Below, piece by piece: positions 32,712 to 43,174 of a DNA stretch of 64,000 bases (its first letter is position 1; each line of letters begins with the position of its first letter). The position numbers were made by a program, and so were the translations under genes. This DNA comes from an uncultured delta proteobacterium (GTDB lineage Bacteria; Myxococcota; Myxococcia; Myxococcales; Myxococcaceae): NCBI GenBank assembly GCA_963776345.1, contig CAVZMH010000013.1, positions 128,001-192,000 on the forward strand, given 5' to 3'. Below the pieces are notes generated by a model. That model saw only the letters and a program-made list of their open reading frames with translations, searched no databases and had not been told where the DNA came from.

Positions 32712-33677
32712 ATGGGCGATCCGGCGTGGGCCCTCCCGCTCCACATCCGCTGGGACCAGGGGCTGTCGCTGGTGCACGGTGACGGCGAGCTGCCCGGCTG
32801 CCCACCGCCTTCCCCGGGCATGTCGCTGGCCGAGGCGCTGGGCGTCGACGAGGTCACTGCCCGGGCGCTCGATGACCGCGCCCGGGAGGGCGGTGGGGTC
32901 GAGTTCGTCCGCGCCGGGGCACCCGCCTCGCCGCGCTGGCTCCGGGTGTCGGTCGCGCCCGGCGGGGCGACGGTCGAGGCCCGGGTGCACGATCTCGGTC
33001 TGCTGCTGGAGGGGGGGCCCCCGCTGCAGATCTCGCGGCTCTCCAGCTCGCTGAGCCACGAGCTCCGCAACCCGCTCTCCAGCGTGAAGATGGCCGTCCA
33101 GACGCTCTCGCGGAACGAGGGGCTCTCCCCGCGCGACCGGCGCCGGCTCACCATCGCCCTGCGCGAGATCCGCACGCTCGAGCGCATGCTCTGGATGCTG
33201 AGCGAGTACGGGCGCGAGGCGCCGCTGGCGGTGGACACCTGGTCGCTCCGGGACCTGATCCACGAATCGGCGGCGCTCGTCGAGCAGGACCTGAGCGAGC
33301 GCAACATCCGCCTGGAGGTTGCGGGAGCGGAGGGGCTGCCCCGAGTGCGCTCCGACGGCATCCGGCTCCGTCCGGTGCTTGCCCAGCTCCTCCTCAACGT
33401 CGCCTCCAGCCTCGAGGAGGGCCAGCCGCTGGCGGTCACGCTGCGTCCCTCCGGACGGGGCGCCGAGGTCCAGCTGGTCGACGAGCACGCGGCGCTCGGC
33501 CCCGGTGACGAGGAGCGCCTCTTCGAGCCGTTCGGCTCGCGGCTGGCGCGGGGGGCCGGGCTGTCGCTCGCCGCGCTCCGGCGCGTGCTCCAGCAGCAGG
33601 GGGGAGCGGTCACCGCCGCCCCCGCGAGCCCGCCCCTGCGCGGCGTCCTCTTCAGCCTCGACTTCGCGAGGGCCTGA
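32712..33677 (+). CDS. mrpA: Histidine kinase MrpA
   Basis: H-box SHELRNPLSS; cytoplasmic; immediately upstream of mrpB and mrpC. Confidence 0.82.
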   Translation: MGDPAWALPLHIRWDQGLSLVHGDGELPGCPPPSPGMSLAEALGVDEVTARALDDRAREGGGVEFVRAGAPASPRWLRVSVAPGGATVEARVHDLGLLLEGGPPLQISRLSSSLSHELRNPLSSVKMAVQTLSRNEGLSPRDRRRLTIALREIRTLERMLWMLSEYGREAPLAVDTWSLRDLIHESAALVEQDLSERNIRLEVAGAEGLPRVRSDGIRLRPVLAQLLLNVASSLEEGQPLAVTLRPSGRGAEVQLVDEHAALGPGDEERLFEPFGSRLARGAGLSLAALRRVLQQQGGAVTAAPASPPLRGVLFSLDFARA

Positions 33678-33680
33678 CCC

Positions 33681-35084
<1,404 letters not shown>

Positions 35085-35091
35085 CGGAAAT

Positions 35092-35106
35092 TGTCGAACG
35101 CGAGAC
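35092..35106 (+). promoter_or_regulatory. Candidate MrpC binding site
   Basis: TGTC-GAACGCGA-GAC fits the TGTY-N8-RAC consensus recalled for MrpC. Confidence 0.5.
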
Positions 35107-35263
35107 GATTCAGCGCCGGATTGAACGTTTTGTGCAGTCAAGTTCAGGACGTTCAAACGTTTCGTTCAATGTTCAAGTGACTGTTCTGCAGTTCCTGCGG
35201 CACCGGCGTCTGAAGTTGTCCAGATTCTGAACCTTTACGCCCCGTCGCACCGACTTCGGGGCA

Positions 35264-35279
35264 CGGCACGCGTCTTGGA
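35264..35279 (+). promoter_or_regulatory. Sigma54-like promoter of mrpC
   Basis: CGGCACG-CGTC-TTGGA (GG-N10-GG, non-canonical -12), about 43 bp upstream of the ATG. Confidence 0.6.
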
Positions 35280-35321
35280 ATGAGCCCTCGCACACGTCAC
35301 CGCCGGAGAGGACCATCCACG

Positions 35322-36068
35322 ATGCATGGCTTCAACCGCCCGCTGGGCCCCATCGGCTCCAACATCGTGCCCCCGCTCCAGACGACGTCGTCGGGCATGC
35401 TGGTGACGCCAAGCAAGGTCGCCGCGCCCCAGGAGTCCATCGACTTCAAGGGCTACTTCAAGGTCGAGACCTTCCCGCACAACGCGGTCATCTACCGGCC
35501 CGGCGACGTGAGCGACCGGGTCTACTTGCTCAAGACGGGGCGGGTGCGGCTGATGCGGCTCGGCCGGAATGGCCAGCGCTCGGTGGTGTCCATCCTCCGG
35601 CAAGGTGACCTGTTCGGTGAGCTCTTCCGGCCCGAGGGCACGCCCGTCGAGGAGCTCGCGGTGTCGGCGGGCGAGGCCGAGGTGTGGAGCATCGAGGGGC
35701 GTGACTTCCGCGCCCAGCTCGAGGCCCGTCCCACGCTGGCCGTGGACGTGGTTCGCGCCTACGCCGAGCGAGTGCGCTCGCTCCGGAAGCGGGTGCTCGG
35801 GCTGACCTTCAAGGAGGTCCCGGCCCGGCTGGCGGACACCCTGCTCACGCTGGCCGAGGCCCACGGCGAGCGCTGCCCCCATGGCGGCGAGACCGACCTC
35901 CGCGGCATCACCCAGCAGGACCTGGCGGACCTGGTGGGCGCCTCCCGCTCCTTCGTCTCCACGCTGATCAACGAGATGAAGCGCGACGGGATGCTGGGCA
36001 ACGTCGGCCGCATCCTCTGCGTCCGCGATCAGAAGGCGCTCCGGAAGATCGCCTCGGCCGAGAAGTAG
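35322..36068 (+). CDS. mrpC: CRP/FNR-family developmental master regulator MrpC
   Basis: MHGFNRPLGPIGSN...LQTTSSGM N-terminus; ITQQDLADLVGASRSFVS HTH; 248 aa; recognised as very close to M. xanthus MrpC. Confidence 0.96.
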   Translation: MHGFNRPLGPIGSNIVPPLQTTSSGMLVTPSKVAAPQESIDFKGYFKVETFPHNAVIYRPGDVSDRVYLLKTGRVRLMRLGRNGQRSVVSILRQGDLFGELFRPEGTPVEELAVSAGEAEVWSIEGRDFRAQLEARPTLAVDVVRAYAERVRSLRKRVLGLTFKEVPARLADTLLTLAEAHGERCPHGGETDLRGITQQDLADLVGASRSFVSTLINEMKRDGMLGNVGRILCVRDQKALRKIASAEK

Positions 36069-36131
36069 CCCCCCGGCACGAGCAGCAGGGACTCGCCCGC
36101 GCCCTTCCGGGATGGCAGTCTCCCTCGCCCC

Positions 36132-37964
36132 GTGCCGACGCTTCCCGAGAACAGGGGTCAGGCGGCCCAGCGCCACCGTGACCAGCGCGCCCGGGCCGAG
36201 GCCAGCGCCGGGGCGCTCGACCGGCGCATGGCCAGCGTGGCGAACGTCCGCGTGGTGGCGTTCCTCGCCGCGGCCGGGTTCCTCCTCGCCACCGTCTTCC
36301 ACCGCCTGCCTCTCTGGGGCTACTTGCCCGCGCTCGGCACGGCCCTCGGCTACGGCGCGCTCGCCCTGTGGCACGGGCGGCTGCTCCAGGCCGAAGCCCG
36401 CGCCCGGGCGGAGGAGGCGTACCACCGCCGCGGCGAGGAGCGGCTGACCGGCGCCTGGCACGGGCATCCGCTGGCCGGCACCCCGCTCGAGCACCTCGCC
36501 GAGCATCCCTACGCGGCCGACCTCGACGTCTTCGGGCACGGCTCGCTCTTCCAGCTGCTGGACGAGGCGGCCACGGCCCATGGGGAGCAGCGGCTTGCCG
36601 CGTGGCTCTCGTCGCCGGCGACCCCGGACGAGGTCCGCGGGCGACAACGCCAGGTCCTCGAGCTCGCCGGACGCCCGGGCTTCCGGCGGGACCTCGCCGT
36701 GGAGGGGCGGCTCGGGGGGAACGCCCGGGTCTCGCCGAGCGCGTTCATCGCCTGGGCCGAGTCGCCGCCGTCGATGGACGGCGTGGGCTGGATGCGGCCG
36801 CTCGCCCCCGTGGTTCCGATCGCCTGGGCGCTGGTCGTCGCGGCCACCGCGGCCGACTCTCTGCCCGGCGAGGTCCCCTGGCTCTTTCTCCTGGTTCCTG
36901 CGGCCCTCCTGGTCCTCGCCCGCCGGGGGGTGCAGCAGAGCTTCGACGGGCTCGAGCTGGGCCAGCGCGGAGCAGACCGGCTGGCGCGGGCGCTGCTCCG
37001 GCTCGAGCAGGAGCCGTTCGCCTCCCCGGAGCTCCGTGCGCTCGCCGGCCCGTCCGGCACCGGCTCGGCCCCCAGCGCGGCGATGCGGCGGCTGGCGCGC
37101 CTGTCCTCGCTCGCCGAGCAGCGCCGGAACCAGCTGCACGTGGTGGTGAACCTCCTGACGCTCTGGGACCTGCACGTCTTCTTCCGGCTCGACGACTGGC
37201 GGAGGCAGCACGGACGCGACGTCGCGGGCTGGCTCGACCGCCTGGCGGACGTGGAGGCGCTGGCGTGCCTCGGCGGCTACCTGCACGACCGGCCGGATCT
37301 GGTGATGCCCGAGGTGGTGGAGGCCGGGCCGCGCTTCACCGCGGAGCGCCTGGCCCACCCCCTGCTCGACGACGCCGTGCCGAACGACGTCGCGCTCGAG
37401 GGCCCGGGACGGCTCCTCCTGGTCACCGGATCGAACATGTCCGGGAAGTCCACCCTGCTCCGGGCCATCGGGCTCAACGCGGTGCTCGCCCTGGCGGGAG
37501 GGCCGGTCTCGGCGCGCCGGCTGACGCTTTCCGCACTGCACACCTGGACCAGCATGAGGGTCCAGGACTCGCTCGAGCAGGGCGTCTCCTTCTTCTACGC
37601 CGAGGTGCGGCGGCTGAAGCAGGTGCTCGAGGGCGCCGCCGAGCATCCCGGCGCCGCGCTGGTCCTGGTCGACGAGATGCTGCTCGGCACCAACACCCGC
37701 GAGCGCCGGCTGGCCTCCGGGGAGGTGCTCCGGCTGCTGGTCGCCACCGGCTGCATCGGGGCGGTGACCACCCACGACCTGTCCCTCGCGGAGCTGGCCA
37801 GCATCCCCGGGAGCACCCTGGTCCCGGTGCATTTCCAGGACGTCTTTGAGGACGGCCGGATGCGGTTCGACTACACCCTCCGGGAGGGAGTGGTGGAGAG
37901 CACCAACGCGCTCCGGGTGCTGGCGCTGGCCGGCATCCCGGTGCGAGACGACGCGCGCGAGTGA
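36132..37964 (+). CDS. Membrane-anchored MutS-related ATPase (C-terminal ATPase domain only)
   Basis: TM pairs, TGSNMSGKST, SFFYAEV, DEMLLGTN, TTHDL; no mismatch-binding N-terminus. Confidence 0.88.
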   Translation: MPTLPENRGQAAQRHRDQRARAEASAGALDRRMASVANVRVVAFLAAAGFLLATVFHRLPLWGYLPALGTALGYGALALWHGRLLQAEARARAEEAYHRRGEERLTGAWHGHPLAGTPLEHLAEHPYAADLDVFGHGSLFQLLDEAATAHGEQRLAAWLSSPATPDEVRGRQRQVLELAGRPGFRRDLAVEGRLGGNARVSPSAFIAWAESPPSMDGVGWMRPLAPVVPIAWALVVAATAADSLPGEVPWLFLLVPAALLVLARRGVQQSFDGLELGQRGADRLARALLRLEQEPFASPELRALAGPSGTGSAPSAAMRRLARLSSLAEQRRNQLHVVVNLLTLWDLHVFFRLDDWRRQHGRDVAGWLDRLADVEALACLGGYLHDRPDLVMPEVVEAGPRFTAERLAHPLLDDAVPNDVALEGPGRLLLVTGSNMSGKSTLLRAIGLNAVLALAGGPVSARRLTLSALHTWTSMRVQDSLEQGVSFFYAEVRRLKQVLEGAAEHPGAALVLVDEMLLGTNTRERRLASGEVLRLLVATGCIGAVTTHDLSLAELASIPGSTLVPVHFQDVFEDGRMRFDYTLREGVVESTNALRVLALAGIPVRDDARE

Positions 37965-37981
37965 AAGGGAGCCCGCCGACG

Positions 37982-39733
37982 ATGGCCCGACTGGACCCCC
38001 ACAGCCACACCGACCTCTCGCAGCCCCAGCAGCGCCACCTGTCCTGGAAGGCCGAGGTGGACTTCGCCGGCCGGACGGTGCGGGCCACGGCCAGCCTCCG
38101 CTTCGACCGCGGCGGCGGCCCGGTGGACCTGGACAGCCGGGGGCTCCAGCTGGAGCAGATCACCGCGCCGGACCGGACGCCGCTCCGGTTCGAGCTCGGC
38201 GAGCCGGACCCCATCCTCGGGCAGCGACTCCGCATCACGCTCCCGTCGGGCGTGAACGCCTGCGTCATCCGCTACCGGACCGGTCCGGAGGCCTCGGCGC
38301 TGCAGTGGCTCGAGCCCGAGCAGACCGCGGGCGGGAAGTCCCCCTTCCTCTACAGCCAGTGCCAGGCCATTCACACCCGCTCGGTGGTGCCGCTCCAGGA
38401 CACCCCGCGGCTGCGCATCACCTACGACGCAGAGCTCACCCTCCCCGCCGGGCTCCGGGGGCTGATGGCCGCGGCCGCCGTCGATCGGGAGCTCCAGGGC
38501 GAGCGGTCCGTGGAGCGGTACCGGATGGACGAGCCCATTCCCCCGTACCTGTTCGCCTTCGCGGTGGGAGACCTCGCCTCGCGCGAGCTCGGGCCCAGGA
38601 GCCGGGTGTGGGCCGAGCCGTCCATGGTGGAGCGCGCGGCGCACGAGTTCGCCGGGGTCGACGGAATGCTCACCTCGGCGGAGGCGCTGTTCGGGCCGTA
38701 CCCGTGGGGGCGGTTCGATCTGCTGGTGCTCCCCCCGTCCTTCCCCTACGGCGGGATGGAGAACCCGCGGCTCACCTTCCTGACCCCCACGCTGCTCACC
38801 GGGGACCGCAGCCTGGTGAACGTGGTCGCCCACGAGCTCTCGCACAGCTGGACGGGGAATCTGGTCACCAACGCCTCGGCCGAGGACTTCTGGCTGAACG
38901 AGGGCTTCACCGTGTTCGCCGAGCGCCGCATCCTCGAGGTGCTGGAGGGGCCGGACCTGGTGGCGCTGCACGCAGCCGTCGGCCGGCAGACGCTCGACGA
39001 GGCGGTGGCCAACTTCCGTGACCGGCCCGAGCTGACCCGGCTCCGGACGAAGCTCGAGGGCGTGGACCCCGACGATGCGTTCAGCCAGGTCCCGTACGAG
39101 AAGGGCTACCTCTTCCTCCGGACGCTGGAGGAGGCGGTGGGAGGTCCCGCGTTCGACCGGTTCCTGAAGCGCTACATGGACGGGTTCCGGTTCCGGTCCA
39201 TCACCACCGAGGAGCTGCTGGAGCTCATCCGCGCCGAGCTGCCGGGGGCGCTGGAGGCGGTGAACGCGCCCCGGTGGATCGACGGCGAGGGAGTGCCGCC
39301 GGGCGCCCCGGTGGCCCGGAGCGCCCGGCTGGAGCAGGTGGAGGGGCTCAAAGCCCAGGTCCCGCCGCCGGCGGCGAAGGCCTGGTCGCCGTGGGAGTGG
39401 CAGGTCTACCTGAACCACCTGCCGCGGCCGTCACCGGCCGAGCTCATGACGGCGCTGGACGAACAATTCCATCTGACGGAGGCGCCGAACCCCGAGGTGC
39501 TGGTCGCCTGGCTCACGGTGGCGATCCGCAGCGGCCACCCCCCCGCCGTCCGGCGCGCGGAGGCCTTCCTCGGCGAGGTGGGGCGGATGAAGTACCTGAA
39601 GCCCCTCTACGCGGCGCTCATCGCCGGGCCAGGGACGCGCAGCCTCGCGGAGGCGTGCGCACGGCGGTACCGGAAGCGCTACCACGTCATCGCCGCGGCG
39701 GGAGTGGATGCGCTGCTGCGCAAGGGCGTCTGA
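37982..39733 (+). CDS. M1 family aminopeptidase (leukotriene A4 hydrolase-like)
   Basis: GGMEN, HELSH...NEG zinc motif, PYEKG, GRMKY. Confidence 0.94.
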   Translation: MARLDPHSHTDLSQPQQRHLSWKAEVDFAGRTVRATASLRFDRGGGPVDLDSRGLQLEQITAPDRTPLRFELGEPDPILGQRLRITLPSGVNACVIRYRTGPEASALQWLEPEQTAGGKSPFLYSQCQAIHTRSVVPLQDTPRLRITYDAELTLPAGLRGLMAAAAVDRELQGERSVERYRMDEPIPPYLFAFAVGDLASRELGPRSRVWAEPSMVERAAHEFAGVDGMLTSAEALFGPYPWGRFDLLVLPPSFPYGGMENPRLTFLTPTLLTGDRSLVNVVAHELSHSWTGNLVTNASAEDFWLNEGFTVFAERRILEVLEGPDLVALHAAVGRQTLDEAVANFRDRPELTRLRTKLEGVDPDDAFSQVPYEKGYLFLRTLEEAVGGPAFDRFLKRYMDGFRFRSITTEELLELIRAELPGALEAVNAPRWIDGEGVPPGAPVARSARLEQVEGLKAQVPPPAAKAWSPWEWQVYLNHLPRPSPAELMTALDEQFHLTEAPNPEVLVAWLTVAIRSGHPPAVRRAEAFLGEVGRMKYLKPLYAALIAGPGTRSLAEACARRYRKRYHVIAAAGVDALLRKGV

Positions 39734-39832
39734 GAAGGTTCGCTGAGGAGGCGAAGAGAGCGGGCGTGGCCACCTCCAGCTGCCCTCGCCCCTCGAGCGC
39801 CGCGGACGTCGCCTCGCTCCCGTCGAGCGAGC

Positions 39833-40786
39833 TCAGGATGCTGCGCGAGACGCCCGGCGCTGGGACGCTCGGCGCGGACCGAAGCGCTCCTCGGACGGTG
39901 CTGCCGTGCCCTCGGCCTCGGCCTCGAGACGTGCGCGGCCGAGCGCGAGCCACGTCGGGTCCTGCTCGATGCCGAGGAAGCGGCGGCCGAGGCGCAGCGC
40001 GGCGACCCCGGTCGTCCCGCTCCCGGAGAACGGGTCCAGCACCAGTCCACCCTCCGGCGCAGTCGCCTCGATGATCCGCCGGAGCAGCGTCACCGGCTTC
40101 TGCGTCGGGTGCTTCCCGTGCGCCTTCTCGTCCGGGCGCGGGCTGGTGAGGGTCCAGATGCGCCCCTGCCCGTTCGCGTCGAGCTCCTCGTCGCCGGGCC
40201 GGGGCAGCGCCCACACGTCGCGCATCTGCTTGCCGCCGTTCTCGACCTTCATCCGGGGGTAGTCGAAGACGTGCTGCAGGCGCCCGGGCCGGCGCGGGGC
40301 GGCCCAGATCAGGATCTCCGAGCTGTGCGTGAAGTAGCGGCAGGAGAGGTTCGGGCTCGCGTTCGGCTTGTACCAGGTGACCGTGTTGAGGAGCCGCCAG
40401 CCGAGCGTCTGCAGCGCGAACCCGGCCGAGAAGATGACGTGCTGCGTGCCGGAGACCCACAGCGAGCCCGTGGGCTTCAGCACCCGGCCGCAGGCCTCGA
40501 TCCACGCGCGGGTGAACCGGTGGTCCTCCTCGATGCCGCGCGAGGCGTCCCAGGCGCCCTTCGCCACGGGCGCGCGCCGGCCGGCGTGGCAGGTGAAGCC
40601 GCCGTTGCTCAGGAAGTACGGCGGGTCGGCGAAGACCAGGTCCACGCTCGCCTCGGGCAGCGCTGCCAGGCGCTCGAGGCAGTCGCCGGCATGGAGGGCC
40701 CACTCCGGGCCCCTGGCCCACGCGGGAAGCTCGGGGAAGGGCGAGGCGGCGAGGGCGTCACGTCGGGCGCGGGCAGCGTTGGCCAT
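39833..40786 (-). CDS. Orphan beta-class N6/N4 DNA methyltransferase (DpnA-like)
   Basis: DPPYFLSNGG, HPTQKP, LDPFSGSGTT in beta-class motif order. Confidence 0.92.
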   Translation of the reverse strand: MANAARARRDALAASPFPELPAWARGPEWALHAGDCLERLAALPEASVDLVFADPPYFLSNGGFTCHAGRRAPVAKGAWDASRGIEEDHRFTRAWIEACGRVLKPTGSLWVSGTQHVIFSAGFALQTLGWRLLNTVTWYKPNASPNLSCRYFTHSSEILIWAAPRRPGRLQHVFDYPRMKVENGGKQMRDVWALPRPGDEELDANGQGRIWTLTSPRPDEKAHGKHPTQKPVTLLRRIIEATAPEGGLVLDPFSGSGTTGVAALRLGRRFLGIEQDPTWLALGRARLEAEAEGTAAPSEERFGPRRASQRRASRAAS

Positions 40787-40948
40787 GCCCGAGTCACGCT
40801 ACAGGAGCGATCGATCCCGGCCAGTTCCGGTCGAGTGCTACAGACCTGAGTGGGCCAGGCCGGCACGCGGGCTCGCACGCGGCATCGCGTTCCCTCCGGA
40901 GCCAGACCCCCGGGTCCGTCGGATCTCACCCTCGCGGGGAAAGCACCC

Positions 40949-41989
40949 TCAGGCCGCGAGCGCGCCGGAGAAGTCCGGGTACACCTGCACCCCGTCGCCC
41001 GCCCGCGGCCGGCCGTCCTCGCGGGCCAGCGCCCGGTCGAGGGCGAGCAGCGCGATCTCCAGCTGGTCGTCGGTGGGCTCCACCGTGGTGATGCGCTGGA
41101 GCCAGAGCCCCGGGCTCACCAGCGCCTTCAGCACCGGCGGGCAGTCGGCCCGTGCCGAGCGCTTCTGCAGCTCGTAGGCGATCCCCGCCACCGGGAACGC
41201 CAGCGCGATCTTCAGCAGGAGCACGAACACGGTCTGCACCGCGCTCACGCTGGAGACCGTGGGAACGAACGGCAGCACCAGGATGTGCAGCAGCACCGCC
41301 ACCCCGACAACGACGAAGAGGAAGCTCGTGCCGCAGCGGGGGTGCTGCGTCGTGAACGGGCGCGCGTGCTCCACCGTGAGCGGGAGCTTCGACTCGTAGG
41401 TCCAGATCGCCTTGTGCTCTGCCCCGTGGTACTGGAACAGCCGCTGCGCGTCCTTCGTCCGCGCCACCAGCGCCAGCCAGCCGACGAGGATGCCGATCCG
41501 GAAGACGCCGTCGACGAGGTGAAACGCGATCCCGCGCAGGCTCGGGTCACGCCCGAGGAGCTTGAACAGGCCCAGCGTGAGCAGATGGGGCGCGGCGATG
41601 AACAGCGCCACCATGAACAGGAACGAGATGCCGAGGAGCAGCCCTCGTGCGAGCTTGCCCTGGCGAGCGCCATCGGGAGCGGCACCCTCGCTCGAGGCCG
41701 CGGGCGGGCTCGGCGGCTGCTCCGGACCCGTCCCCTCGGCCGATTCGGCCTGCTCGGCGCTGAACGCCAGCGCGGTGAAGCCGTTGAGCACCGACTCGAC
41801 GAGCACCACTGCCCCGCGGAGGAACGGCTTGCGGAGAAACCCCGCCCGCGGCCAGAGCGTCTCCCAGGCCTCCTCGCGCACCGCGATGCGGCCGTCCGGA
41901 CGGCGAACGGCGACGACCAGGCTCCGGGGGGAGCGCATCATCACCCCCTCCAGGACCGCCTGGCCGCCGATGTACGGACGCTCGCTCAA
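40949..41989 (-). CDS. DUF1385 family membrane protein
   Basis: IGGQAVLEGVMMR, FQYHGAEHK, HPRCGTSF, PGLWLQRITT. Confidence 0.92.
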   Translation of the reverse strand: MSERPYIGGQAVLEGVMMRSPRSLVVAVRRPDGRIAVREEAWETLWPRAGFLRKPFLRGAVVLVESVLNGFTALAFSAEQAESAEGTGPEQPPSPPAASSEGAAPDGARQGKLARGLLLGISFLFMVALFIAAPHLLTLGLFKLLGRDPSLRGIAFHLVDGVFRIGILVGWLALVARTKDAQRLFQYHGAEHKAIWTYESKLPLTVEHARPFTTQHPRCGTSFLFVVVGVAVLLHILVLPFVPTVSSVSAVQTVFVLLLKIALAFPVAGIAYELQKRSARADCPPVLKALVSPGLWLQRITTVEPTDDQLEIALLALDRALAREDGRPRAGDGVQVYPDFSGALAA

Positions 41990-42006
41990 GCGAACCGGGA
42001 TCCTGC

Positions 42007-42264
42007 TCAGGCCTTGGCCTTGGGCGCCTTCTTGCTGCCAGGAGCCGCGGGAGCGGGGGCCCCCGGCTTGGCCTCGTACTTCTTCCGGAACCGCTCCACG
42101 CGACCCTCGGTGTCCACCAGCTTGTACTTGCCGGTGAAGAACGGGTGGCAGGCAGAGCAGATCTCGACGTGGAACGAGCCGCGGGTGCTGCGGGTCTCGA
42201 TGACGTTGCCGCAGGCGCAGGTGATGCGCGAGGGCGGGTAGACCGGGTGAAGGTCGGGCTTCAT
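42007..42264 (-). CDS. rpmE: 50S ribosomal protein L31 (Zn-binding form)
   Basis: [24 protein letters not shown]. Confidence 0.96.
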   Translation of the reverse strand: MKPDLHPVYPPSRITCACGNVIETRSTRGSFHVEICSACHPFFTGKYKLVDTEGRVERFRKKYEAKPGAPAPAAPGSKKAPKAKA

Positions 42265-42388
42265 GGCGAATGCGACTCCAGTGTGTCGGACCGCCTTGCC
42301 CCGGGAGACCTCATGTCCCCGGAGGACCGGCGGGCGAAGCAGGGTCCTCTAACAGCGACCGGGGCCGGTCTCAAGGGCGGGGCGCCCC

Positions 42389-43174
42389 CTACTTCTTCCC
42401 CTTGGACGGGGTGCCCTTCTTGAGCGCCGACAGGCCCTTCTGGGCCAGCTTGGCCTCGCTGGACCGGGGGTAGTCCTTCACCACCTGCTCGTACGCGAGC
42501 TTGGCGGCCTCGGGGTTCTTCAGCCGGGCGAAGCAGTCGCCGCTCCGAACGTAGGCCAGCGGCACCGACTTGGACTTGCCGAAGCTCTTGATGAGCTGGC
42601 CGTACTCCGGCAGCGCCTCCGGGCAGTTGTCCTGGGCGTAGTACGACTCGGCCAGGGAGAAGTGCGCGTCGCCGGCCAGGTCGTCCTTGGGCCACTTCCG
42701 GATGAAGTCCACGTAGAGCGCACGGGCGGTCTGGATGTCCCCGGACTTGGCCTTGCTCTGCGCCAGCGCGAAGAACTCCTTCTTGTCGGTGGGCCGGGGG
42801 ACGTCGTCCGCCGGCTTCTTGTCCGCCGCGGCGGCCCGATCTTGAAGCTGGTCGAGCGAGTGGGTGTAGGCCTCCACCTGCCCTCGCAGCTGCGCCATGT
42901 CCTCGATGACCTTCTGGAGCTGGACGCTGGTGTCCGCCCCGCTCCGCCGCGAGGCCTGGTCCAGCGAGTCCAGCGCCTTGGTCACCTCGGCGATCTTCTG
43001 GTCGATGCGGGGCAGCTGCTGGTCCAGCTTCTCCGCCTGGGCCTTCTGCTCGGCGCGCAGCTCCTTGTCCAGCTTGTCCACCCGCGTCTCGAGGCCCTTG
43101 CCGGCCTCGGACGAGTAGAAGCATCCCGTCAGGGCCAGAAGGCCCAGGGACAGCGCGGAGCGGACGACGGTCAT
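42389..43174 (-). CDS. cpoB: Tol-Pal-associated TPR protein CpoB/YbgF (lipoprotein form)
   Basis: Lipobox LTGC, coiled coil, three TPR-like repeats; directly downstream of pal. Confidence 0.82.
   Translation of the reverse strand: MTVVRSALSLGLLALTGCFYSSEAGKGLETRVDKLDKELRAEQKAQAEKLDQQLPRIDQKIAEVTKALDSLDQASRRSGADTSVQLQKVIEDMAQLRGQVEAYTHSLDQLQDRAAAADKKPADDVPRPTDKKEFFALAQSKAKSGDIQTARALYVDFIRKWPKDDLAGDAHFSLAESYYAQDNCPEALPEYGQLIKSFGKSKSVPLAYVRSGDCFARLKNPEAAKLAYEQVVKDYPRSSEAKLAQKGLSALKKGTPSKGKK

Noticed and set aside
42290..42330. Hairpin upstream of rpmE as an L31 leader
   Set aside because: Only a generic GC-rich stem; no family features I can support without a covariance search
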